Shown piece by piece: positions 56,431 to 64,000 of a stretch of 64,000 nt of DNA; position 1 is the first letter of the stretch; every line of letters begins with the position of its first letter. Both the position numbers and the translations under genes were made by a program. A model generated the notes under the pieces. It was not told where the DNA came from and did not search any database. It worked only from the letters and a program-made list of their open reading frames with translations. Source of the stretch: Planctomycetota bacterium (GTDB lineage Bacteria; Planctomycetota; GCA-002687715; CAIWVZ01); NCBI GenBank assembly GCA_044222185.1, contig JBGANV010000008.1:96001-160000 (forward strand). Reading direction: 5' to 3'.

Positions 56431-57049
56431 CGCGCCTGCCCTCGATCGCGGCAGTCATGCGGATCCTCAACCGCGCATCCGTCCGTGCGAACCGCAATCT
56501 GACGGCGCGGTCGGTGAGCCCGACCATGTCCGCGATCGCCAGCGACGAGAACCCACGGGCGCGCAGTCGGTAGATCCGCCGATCCATGCGATCGAACTCG
56601 CGCAGGATCCGGTAGCGGACCTGGACGAGTTCCTCGATGGAGATGCGAGTCATCGGAGTGAGGTCGGGCGACAGGACGGCCATGTCGTCCTCGAGCGCCG
56701 TGCGGCGCTTGATGTGCTGACCGCCGGCCTTCTGGAGGACGACGCGTGTGATGATCCCCCGCAGCCATCGCGCAAAAGACCGGCTGTCCTCCATGTGGAA
56801 GAGCCCGATCTTGCGCATCACGACCTGGTAGGCGTCGTGGAGGACGTCGCGCGTCTCCTCAAGCGTGCGCAGGGGCATCCCCAATCGACGACGCGCCCAG
56901 CGCGTCATCATGGGCTCGTGCATCTCGAAAAGTTGTCCCAAGGCGTCCCGATCTCCGTTGCGAGCCTTTTCGATCAGCGCACGGAGGGACCCCCCGCCTG
57001 TCGTGTCGGTCGCATCTGACACGGGCCGATCGGTCGGGGGATGAGACAT
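56414..57049 (-). CDS. ECF sigma factor (kinase-associated type)
   Basis: LIEKARNGDRDALGQLF, SFARWLRGI, region 4 (GFSSLAIADMVG.TDRAVR). Confidence 0.85.
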   Translation of the reverse strand: MSHPPTDRPVSDATDTTGGGSLRALIEKARNGDRDALGQLFEMHEPMMTRWARRRLGMPLRTLEETRDVLHDAYQVVMRKIGLFHMEDSRSFARWLRGIITRVVLQKAGGQHIKRRTALEDDMAVLSPDLTPMTRISIEELVQVRYRILREFDRMDRRIYRLRARGFSSLAIADMVGLTDRAVRLRFARTDARLRIRMTAAIEGRRDAGRS

Positions 57050-57095
57050 AAACCAATGCGTCGCAAGCCGTAGAGCGGCGACGCATGAGCCGCTG

Positions 57096-57184
57096 ATTCT
57101 ATGGGCGCCCCTTCGGACTGTGCAAGCGCCGCGTCTCGAACTCTCTGAAATCTTTTGCACGGTGCGCAAGCGTGCGGCTACAGT
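57096..57184. promoter_or_regulatory. Divergent sigma70-like promoter pair
   Basis: Minus strand TTGCAC-N18-TAGAAT (57125-57096); plus strand TTGCAC-N18-TACAGT (57155-57184). Confidence 0.45.
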
Positions 57185-57217
57185 CCCGCAGTCCCCCATT
57201 TGCCGGAGTCGTATGCC

Positions 57218-58945
57218 ATGCCGAGAGGCGGAAGGTTCCTCGCCATCGGTGTTTTCGCCGTCGCAGCGTCGTTCGTTGCCTACCCCCAGCTAACGGCCAC
57301 AGGAAACATCGGAGTCGTCATCAGCGAGATTGGGCACGGGCCCAGCCTCACCCAGCAGTTCGGCGTGCCGTGGCCGTCGTACATCGAGCTGGTCAACGTC
57401 CGCGCGGCCGCCGGATCAATGATCCCGCCGCCCGTCGTCCTCCCGCCCGTCACGCCGCAGAATCCCAATGGGACCACGATCCTCGCGCGCGTGCGCGGCG
57501 CGCCACCGACGCAGCTGCCGTTCCCACAGGCGGTGACTCTCGGAAGCAACCCACAACCGTCACCGGCGCCACCGGTGGTGACGCCGATCCCCGACGCGCC
57601 GGTCGTCGTGATCGCAAGCGGGCCGTTCCCGCCGAACGCCCTGCCGTCGACGTTCACCAACGTCTTCTTCGCGCCAGCATTCTTCTCCGGTGCGTCCGCG
57701 CAGCTTGGCGCGCCCGGCGTTCCGTTCGAGATCTGTGTGAGCATCCCCGGCGTCAACAACGACCGGGTTTTCTTCGTCACCCCGCCGGTGAGCCCCATGT
57801 GCCCCTCGACGCCATTCGCCCTGCGAAACAACGGCATCGTGTCGGCGGGCCTCATCACGCGTTGGCTCTACATCGACTCGGACACGGACTTCGACTTCGA
57901 CACCCAGTTCCTCCCATCGCCGGGACGGTCGAACCCGGAGATGACTCACGCCAATGGCTTCATCTTCGGCAACGCCCAGGCGCCGACGGCGATCGGAGCG
58001 CCCTTCCAGGTCATCGGCTCGGCTGCCGGCGGGACGCTGCTGCAGACCTCGAACTCGATCGTCCGCGGGGTGAACTTCCTCCACCTGGTGCCGGGCCAGG
58101 GCCTCATCAACCGAACGATCGGGCTCGGCGTCCCGGGCGGTTCGTTCTTCGATCCCATCGTCGGGACGTCGATCACGTTCGGACTGGGCTTCGTCGCGCA
58201 GACAGGCACGTCGACCGGAACGAACCTTCCGAACTTCCTTCCAGGCCTGCAGATCACCGGCGCGAACGTGATCCTCTCCGCGGTCACGGGTCCGGGAACG
58301 ACGGGAACCCTGTTCCTTCCCAGCGGCGCCGAGGCGAACGTGGGCGTGACCGTGCAGCCCGGCACGGCCGGCAACTTCCGGATCGAACGCCTGTTCTCCG
58401 ACCAGGTGTCGGACACGGCGCCGAGCGGCACCGGCGCGCTCTCCGTCGCGCAGGCGGACGTCCTTCCACCCTCGACCGGCGGTGGAAACACGTGGTGCGA
58501 GGTCATCGCGTACGACTACGCCGGCAACCAGTACCGAGCGAAGGTTCGCAACTGGCCACAAGGCGGCGGGTGCGGCACGCCCCCTACGCCGCTTCTCGCA
58601 CTCGGCACTGACGGCCTGGGAACCGGCACGCTGATCGACGTGTGCTTCGATGGCAACTCCAAGGTGTTCAACCTGTTCTCCACCACGCCCGCGGCCACGT
58701 GCGGCGGCCCGCTCTTTCCCCCCGGCGGAATCTGCCCCGATCTGACGACCACGCTGTGCCTCTCGCTCGTGGGGATTCCCCCCATCGACGTGGTGACCGA
58801 TGCGGCCGGCATTTTCGCGTGGCAGAGCGCGCCCGGTCAGTTCGCGAGCCTGATCGGCATCACGTTCGAGGCGATCGGCATCGAGTACACGCTCGTCGGG
58901 CCGACGATCATCAAGCAGTCGCCCGTCAACTCGATCACGTTCTGA
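57218..58945 (+). CDS. Secreted Pro/Gly/Thr-rich protein (LTD-like N-terminus; C-terminal domain ending SITF)
   Basis: GGAG RBS, signal peptide, VVISEI...YIELVN lamin-tail-like motif and PSPGRSN. Confidence 0.82.
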   Translation: MPRGGRFLAIGVFAVAASFVAYPQLTATGNIGVVISEIGHGPSLTQQFGVPWPSYIELVNVRAAAGSMIPPPVVLPPVTPQNPNGTTILARVRGAPPTQLPFPQAVTLGSNPQPSPAPPVVTPIPDAPVVVIASGPFPPNALPSTFTNVFFAPAFFSGASAQLGAPGVPFEICVSIPGVNNDRVFFVTPPVSPMCPSTPFALRNNGIVSAGLITRWLYIDSDTDFDFDTQFLPSPGRSNPEMTHANGFIFGNAQAPTAIGAPFQVIGSAAGGTLLQTSNSIVRGVNFLHLVPGQGLINRTIGLGVPGGSFFDPIVGTSITFGLGFVAQTGTSTGTNLPNFLPGLQITGANVILSAVTGPGTTGTLFLPSGAEANVGVTVQPGTAGNFRIERLFSDQVSDTAPSGTGALSVAQADVLPPSTGGGNTWCEVIAYDYAGNQYRAKVRNWPQGGGCGTPPTPLLALGTDGLGTGTLIDVCFDGNSKVFNLFSTTPAATCGGPLFPPGGICPDLTTTLCLSLVGIPPIDVVTDAAGIFAWQSAPGQFASLIGITFEAIGIEYTLVGPTIIKQSPVNSITF

Positions 58946-58960
58946 GCGCCGACCGGCGCG

Positions 58961-59485
58961 TCAGGTACCGGCGGGCGGCGCGTCCGAAGCCGGTGGCGGT
59001 GCATCGCCGCCCTCCTCCGGTGCCGCGGGCGGCGCGTCCGTCGGCGGCGTGCCGGGCGGCGTGAACCCCGGTGGCATGCCCGGCATCTGCCCAGGTTGGA
59101 TGTTCAGCTTCGCGACGCGGAAGCTGCGCACGGTGAGGAGTTCGCCGCCCACCTGGAGCTCGATCGAGTAGGTTCCGGGCGCTTTGAACTGCACCATCGG
59201 CATGGGGAACGCCGCTTCGAACATGGCCTGCGGGAGGGCGGGCAGCGGGGCCCGCAGACTCATGACGGGCTCCTGGTTCGGGTCCCGGATCGCCACGTCG
59301 ATGTTCGTATCGCCATGGAAGTCCGACAGGCTCACGAACACGATGAGCGGAGCGTGCATCGCCGGGAAGTTGGCCGCCCAGATCGCGGAGAACGTTCCGA
59401 TGATGCACCACTTGCCCGTGCCCGCCTGCTGGAATGCCTGGTCGCACAACAGAAGCGCATTGACCTGTGGGAGTGGGCGCGGCAT
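58961..59485 (-). CDS. DUF6941-like protein with Pro-rich tail
   Basis: LLLCDQA...GKWCIIGTF...FPA...F..PGTYSIEL pattern. Confidence 0.78.
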   Translation of the reverse strand: MPRPLPQVNALLLCDQAFQQAGTGKWCIIGTFSAIWAANFPAMHAPLIVFVSLSDFHGDTNIDVAIRDPNQEPVMSLRAPLPALPQAMFEAAFPMPMVQFKAPGTYSIELQVGGELLTVRSFRVAKLNIQPGQMPGMPPGFTPPGTPPTDAPPAAPEEGGDAPPPASDAPPAGT

Positions 59486-59600
59486 CGCGAGAGTCTATCC
59501 GGCAGACCCACGAGGACCACAGAAAGCGCGCCTCCGCGCCGCCGTACCGATGCGCTTCCACATACAATCGCCACGCTCCACGACGGAGCACGGAGCCCTC

Positions 59601-61613
59601 ATGCCTGCCTTCCGCAACGCAGCGATCGTCGTTCTCATCCTCGTGACGTCCCAGCTCTCGATCGCGCAGCGCGATCATGGGCCGCGCCCCGGTGCGCTGG
59701 CCGAGACCTGCGGCTCGGCGATCCCGTGGAAGGAGTCCATGACCGCCGCGCTCGCGGCAGCGAAAGAGTCGAAGCGCCCGATCTTCTGGTACATCCCCAC
59801 GGTTCCCGGATCCCCCATGGACCGGAAACCCGAGGTCGATTTCTACATGCGCGCGGGCGCCCTCTCGATGCCGGACGTGGTGTCGCTCATCAGCCGCCGA
59901 TGCGTCGCGGTGAAGGGCAAGCCCTCGCGTGACGAAGCGACCAAGTACGGGCTGAAGGCGTTGAAGTTCATCGAGCCCGGCTTCCTCATCCTCGCGCCGG
60001 ACGGCAACGAGATCGCGCGGCTCGACAAGATCTCCACGTACCACGAGCTGTGGCTGACGACGGTCCTGGATCGCATGCTCTCTGGGGGCGGCAACTTCGG
60101 CCGGCCCTCGGACGCGACGCTCGCTGCGAAGGAGCCGCTCGATCAGGCCGAGCAGCACCTGCTCGATGGGGCCTGGGGACGGGCGCAGGAAGCGTTGGGC
60201 CGTGTTCCCGCGGATGCCGATCCGAAGCGCCTCGCCTGGATCAAGGGCCGCGTTCTCGCCCGCCTGCAAGACGCCAGCGGCGCCGAGGCTGCGTTGACGA
60301 CCGTCGGGACTTCCGATGCACAGGTCGAGTTGGGCCTGCTCGCGCTGCGGCGCGAGGACTGGGCGAAGGCAGAGACGATCCTCTCGGCCGTGACCACGGG
60401 CAATCGCGCCGACGAAGCCGCCTACCTGCGCGGCGTCGCGCAGCACCGCCAGGGCCGACAACCCGACGCCCGGACCACCTGGTTGAAGCTCGCCGAGGCG
60501 TCCCCCACCTCGCGCTGGGCCGCACGGGCCGCCGCCGAAGCGGAGCATCACGCACCGTTCAGCCGCGGCTTCGAGGAGTACGGCTACCTCCCCGCCGATG
60601 CCCTCGTGGAGAACCCCGCCGGCACGCAACGAGAGCGCAAGCCGGCGGACTCCAAGCTGCTCGTGAGTCGCTCGGTGAAGTACCTGCTCGAGCTTCAGAA
60701 TCCGGATGGGAGCTACGACGACAGCAACTACGACTTCGGCGGACGCGACAGCCTCCCCGACGTCTATGTGGCGTGCACGGCACTCTGCGCCGACGCGTTG
60801 CTCGCATGGCGCGACGTCGACCCGGTCCGGATCGACGCGGCAGTGAAGCGCGCATTCGACTACGTCTCCGACGAGTCCCACATCGCTACGGAAAACCGTC
60901 AGGAGCGCGTCTGGGCCCACGGCTACCGACTGCTTTTCTACTCGCACCTCCTGGCGACGAAACCCGCCTACGCAGACCGCGTCAAGGCCAAACTTGATGA
61001 GGTCGCGCACTTGTGCGAATCGCTCCAGCTGAAGAAGGGGATCTTCGCTCACGAGTACCCCAACCCCTTTGCGAGCGCGACGGCGCTCCACGCCCTCGTC
61101 ACGGCGCGCAAGAGCGGTGCGAAGGTGACTCAGCAGGTGATCGACTCGGGTGCCGAGGCGCTCGCGTCGACCCGCGGCAACGACGGCGCGTTCTCCTACG
61201 GATTCCCCGGCAAGGGCGATCGCGATGCCGCGTTCGCTGGCGGTCGCGGCCCGATCTGCGAGCTCGCGTTGCTGATGGCCGGCAAGTCGGACCAGGCCGC
61301 CCTCGGTCACGCCATCGACGTGAGCTTCAAGGAGCACGCGGCTCTCGAAGCGCCACGCAAGTACGACGACCACTCGCCGCCGCACCGGATCGGCGGGTTC
61401 TTCTTCTGGTACGACATGCACGCACGCTGCCTCGCCATCGACGCACTGACGGACGCAGCGAAGAAGCGCCAGATGTTCGCGAAGCAGCTGGCGATCGTGA
61501 CGTCGATCTCCGAGATCGACGGCCGGTTCATCGACTCACACGAGCTCGGGAAACCCTACGGCACGGCCATGGGGCTCATGTGCTTGAAGATGTGCGCGGC
61601 AACGGAGCCGTGA
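59601..61613 (+). CDS. Secreted thioredoxin-like, TPR and prenyltransferase-repeat protein
   Basis: GGAG RBS, signal peptide, IPW....ALAAAKESKRPIFWY and PGFLILAPDG (Trx-like), TPR helices, YLLELQNPDGSY, YGTAMGLMCL. Confidence 0.85.
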   Translation: MPAFRNAAIVVLILVTSQLSIAQRDHGPRPGALAETCGSAIPWKESMTAALAAAKESKRPIFWYIPTVPGSPMDRKPEVDFYMRAGALSMPDVVSLISRRCVAVKGKPSRDEATKYGLKALKFIEPGFLILAPDGNEIARLDKISTYHELWLTTVLDRMLSGGGNFGRPSDATLAAKEPLDQAEQHLLDGAWGRAQEALGRVPADADPKRLAWIKGRVLARLQDASGAEAALTTVGTSDAQVELGLLALRREDWAKAETILSAVTTGNRADEAAYLRGVAQHRQGRQPDARTTWLKLAEASPTSRWAARAAAEAEHHAPFSRGFEEYGYLPADALVENPAGTQRERKPADSKLLVSRSVKYLLELQNPDGSYDDSNYDFGGRDSLPDVYVACTALCADALLAWRDVDPVRIDAAVKRAFDYVSDESHIATENRQERVWAHGYRLLFYSHLLATKPAYADRVKAKLDEVAHLCESLQLKKGIFAHEYPNPFASATALHALVTARKSGAKVTQQVIDSGAEALASTRGNDGAFSYGFPGKGDRDAAFAGGRGPICELALLMAGKSDQAALGHAIDVSFKEHAALEAPRKYDDHSPPHRIGGFFFWYDMHARCLAIDALTDAAKKRQMFAKQLAIVTSISEIDGRFIDSHELGKPYGTAMGLMCLKMCAATEP

Positions 61614-61623
61614 GCTCCGCGAA

Positions 61624-63429
61624 TCAAAGGCCGTAAAGCAGGGGGATCAGCGCCGTCGCCACGATGGCGAGGAGCACGTCGAGCGGCAGCCCGACGGCCA
61701 CGTAGTCACGAAGGCGATACCCGCCGGACCCGTAGACGAACAGGTGGGTCTGGTAGCCCATCGGCATGGCGAACGCAGCCGATGCGGCGAACGTCACCGC
61801 CAGGACGAAGGGCTCGGGCCTCATGTTCCCATGGTGCGCCGCCTCGACGGCGATCGGCACCATCAGCGCCGCGGCCGTTCCGTTGCTCAGGAACTCCGTC
61901 ACGAGCAACGTGATGAGGTAGAGGCTCCCGATCGTCACCCACGCCGGACCGCCCGCCGTTCGCTCGGCGAGCCATTGCGCCACGTCGCGGGCGAGCCCTG
62001 TCGACTGGAGCGCGGCCCCAAGGCACAGCGAACCGGCGAGAAGCAGCAGGACGTTCCAATCGAGCGCGTTGACCGCGTCCTGGAACGTCACGCAGCGGAA
62101 CAGCACGAGTACGGCGGCCGTCGCGAGCGCCGGCACGGCCAGCGAGTCGGTGACCGCCGCGGCCACGACGAAGGCGAGCAGTCCCACCAGCGCGATCGGC
62201 GCCTTCGACCGCAACGGGACGCGCTTCTCCACTCCCTCGACCAGAAGGACGTCCTCTGCCGAACGCAGCCGGCGCAGTCCATCAGGCGTTCCCTGCACGA
62301 GCAGCGTGTCACCAAGCTCGATCTCGTGCTCGCCGACCGACCGGCGGATGTGCCGGCCGTGTCGCTGGATCGCGATCACCGAAACTCCAAACAACCCGCG
62401 GATTCCGATGGAGTCCACGCGGCGGCCGATCCACTTCGACCGGGGGGTGACGATCAGCTCGGCAAGCGTGAAGGCCACCTGCCTCAACCGACCCGCCGCC
62501 TGGGCGTCGCCGTCGTTGCCGAGCGGCGCGAGGCCGCTTCGCTCCACGTACAGCCGCATGATCGCGTCCTGCGAGCCCTTGAGGATGAGCACGTCTCCCG
62601 CGTGCATCTCCAGATCCGGCAGGGGCATCTGGACGACGTCAGCCCGTACGAACTGGAGCAGGCGCAGGTCCTTGCGTTCCGCTCCGAAGATCTCGCCGAC
62701 GCGACGGCCGACGAAGCCGGAACCAGCTTCGACTTCCACCTCCGTGACGAAATCGTCCGAGCCTTCGCGCGGAAGGCTCATCGACAGCGCCGTGCGGTCC
62801 GGGAGGAGCCTCCGGCCGATGGTCACCATGTAGATCGTCCCCACGATGACGAAGGCGATGCCCAGGGGCGTGAACGTGAAAAACCCGATGTCGAGGTGAG
62901 CCCCCGGGCCGTAGACCCGCGCGACGACGTCGTGCGCCTCGGCGAGCGCCACGACGTTCGTGGACGTTCCCACGAGCGTCGTGGTTCCTCCGAGGATAGC
63001 CGCGTAGGAGAGCGGAATCAGGTACCGGCTCGGGGATTCGTCGAGCCGCTCGCACATGGCGAGAACGATCGGAAGGAACACCAGCACGACGGACGTGTTG
63101 TTGATCCAAGCCGACGTGAAGGCTGCGATCAGCACGAGCCACAGGAGCAACCACGCCCCCTTCCGGCGGCCGTGTCGGACGCCGAAGTCCGCGAGGAAGC
63201 TCAAGGCCCCTGTGCGCGTGACGGCGGCGGACACGATGAACATGGCCGCCACGCTCACGACGCCGTCGTGGGAGAGGGACTGGAAGATCCTGTCGCCGGG
63301 AATCACGCCCGTCATCGCGAGCGCCAGGGCGGCGAGGATCCCCACGAGTCCGGGCGGGAGCCACTCGAGCACGAGCAGCGCGATCGTGAGGCTCAGAATG
63401 ACTGCGGTGACGGCTGCTCCTGTCGACAT
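61624..63429 (-). CDS. SLC13/DASS family permease with TrkA-C domains
   Basis: SAWINNT, LIPLSYAAILGGTTTLVGTSTN, two RCK_C domains, TEFLSN, PMGYQT, GGYR. Confidence 0.93.
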   Translation of the reverse strand: MSTGAAVTAVILSLTIALLVLEWLPPGLVGILAALALAMTGVIPGDRIFQSLSHDGVVSVAAMFIVSAAVTRTGALSFLADFGVRHGRRKGAWLLLWLVLIAAFTSAWINNTSVVLVFLPIVLAMCERLDESPSRYLIPLSYAAILGGTTTLVGTSTNVVALAEAHDVVARVYGPGAHLDIGFFTFTPLGIAFVIVGTIYMVTIGRRLLPDRTALSMSLPREGSDDFVTEVEVEAGSGFVGRRVGEIFGAERKDLRLLQFVRADVVQMPLPDLEMHAGDVLILKGSQDAIMRLYVERSGLAPLGNDGDAQAAGRLRQVAFTLAELIVTPRSKWIGRRVDSIGIRGLFGVSVIAIQRHGRHIRRSVGEHEIELGDTLLVQGTPDGLRRLRSAEDVLLVEGVEKRVPLRSKAPIALVGLLAFVVAAAVTDSLAVPALATAAVLVLFRCVTFQDAVNALDWNVLLLLAGSLCLGAALQSTGLARDVAQWLAERTAGGPAWVTIGSLYLITLLVTEFLSNGTAAALMVPIAVEAAHHGNMRPEPFVLAVTFAASAAFAMPMGYQTHLFVYGSGGYRLRDYVAVGLPLDVLLAIVATALIPLLYGL

Positions 63430-63564
63430 TGGCCGCTAATATAGCCGCGCCGATTTGACGGGTGCGCGTGAACTGGGAAGCCGCGAGGACTGGTCTCGAC
63501 TCTCAGAACCAGCAACCGTGACAGGAGAGAGATGTCCCCGACCCGTGACCTCAGAGGTGGCCGG

Positions 63565-63981
63565 ATGAGCCTGGAGTTCCTCAGTCGCTATCGCGAAACC
63601 GGTCTTTTCCTGCTCCGCCTCGGCATCGGGACATGTTTCGTGATCCACGGCTGGCCGAAGATCGCCGCCGGCCCGGAGGGATGGGAAGGCCTCGGTGCCC
63701 AGGCACGTGACGCAGGAATTTCATTCAGTCCGAAGGCGCTCGATGCCGTCCTGGGATTCCTTTCCGCGGTCGCCGAGTTCGGCGGTGGAATCTGTTTCGC
63801 CCTCGGAATCCTCTTCCGGCCCGCGTGCCTGCTCATGGCCGCGAACATGGCGGTGGCGCTCTCGTGGCACCTTCACAAAGACCAGAGCTTCGAGCAGTAC
63901 TCGCACGCGCTCGAATGCCTGATCCTGTTCGTGGGATTTGCCCTGATCGGTCCGGGAAAGATCGGCGTCGAGCGCGGATAA
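63565..63981 (+). CDS. DoxX family membrane protein
   Basis: LLRLGIG..FVIHGWPK, AEFGGG, LG.LFRPA, GPGK. Confidence 0.92.
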   Translation: MSLEFLSRYRETGLFLLRLGIGTCFVIHGWPKIAAGPEGWEGLGAQARDAGISFSPKALDAVLGFLSAVAEFGGGICFALGILFRPACLLMAANMAVALSWHLHKDQSFEQYSHALECLILFVGFALIGPGKIGVERG

Positions 63982-64000
63982 GCGCGGCTTCACACATGGG

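Noticed and set aside
58935-61421. 828-aa minus-strand ORF
   Set aside because: It is an antisense shadow of 59601-61613 and out of frame with the real 58961-59485 gene.

Overview
This is a high-GC bacterial chromosomal window. ECF sigma/Ser-Thr kinase pairs, prenyltransferase-repeat proteins and 'ESRP/DSRP' linkers suggest Planctomycetota (inference). It holds a complete nuoA-N complex I operon (fused nuoCD, insertion-bearing NuoH), a compact murE-murD-murC cluster, asd, a MetX-family acyltransferase, two radical SAM enzymes, methyltransferases, an ArnT-like glycosyltransferase and many secreted enzymes or hypothetical proteins. The most striking observation is a gene the ORF track splits in two (52760->51870, minus strand). 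It reads signal peptide, C-A-H-[TGA], Gly/Ala linker, thioredoxin-like domain and coiled coil, with a bacterial SECIS-like hairpin right after the in-frame TGA, making it a candidate exported CxxU selenoprotein. Other points of interest are a repeat-bounded orphan-gene patch at 6.0-8.8 kb with covarying hairpins, a shared C-terminal domain ending S-[VI]-T-F in two secreted proteins, a kdpF-like relic behind a porin gene and a hyper-acidic protein. I recognised no rRNA, tRNA, CRISPR array or transposase. All calls are from reading the sequence; no searches were run.
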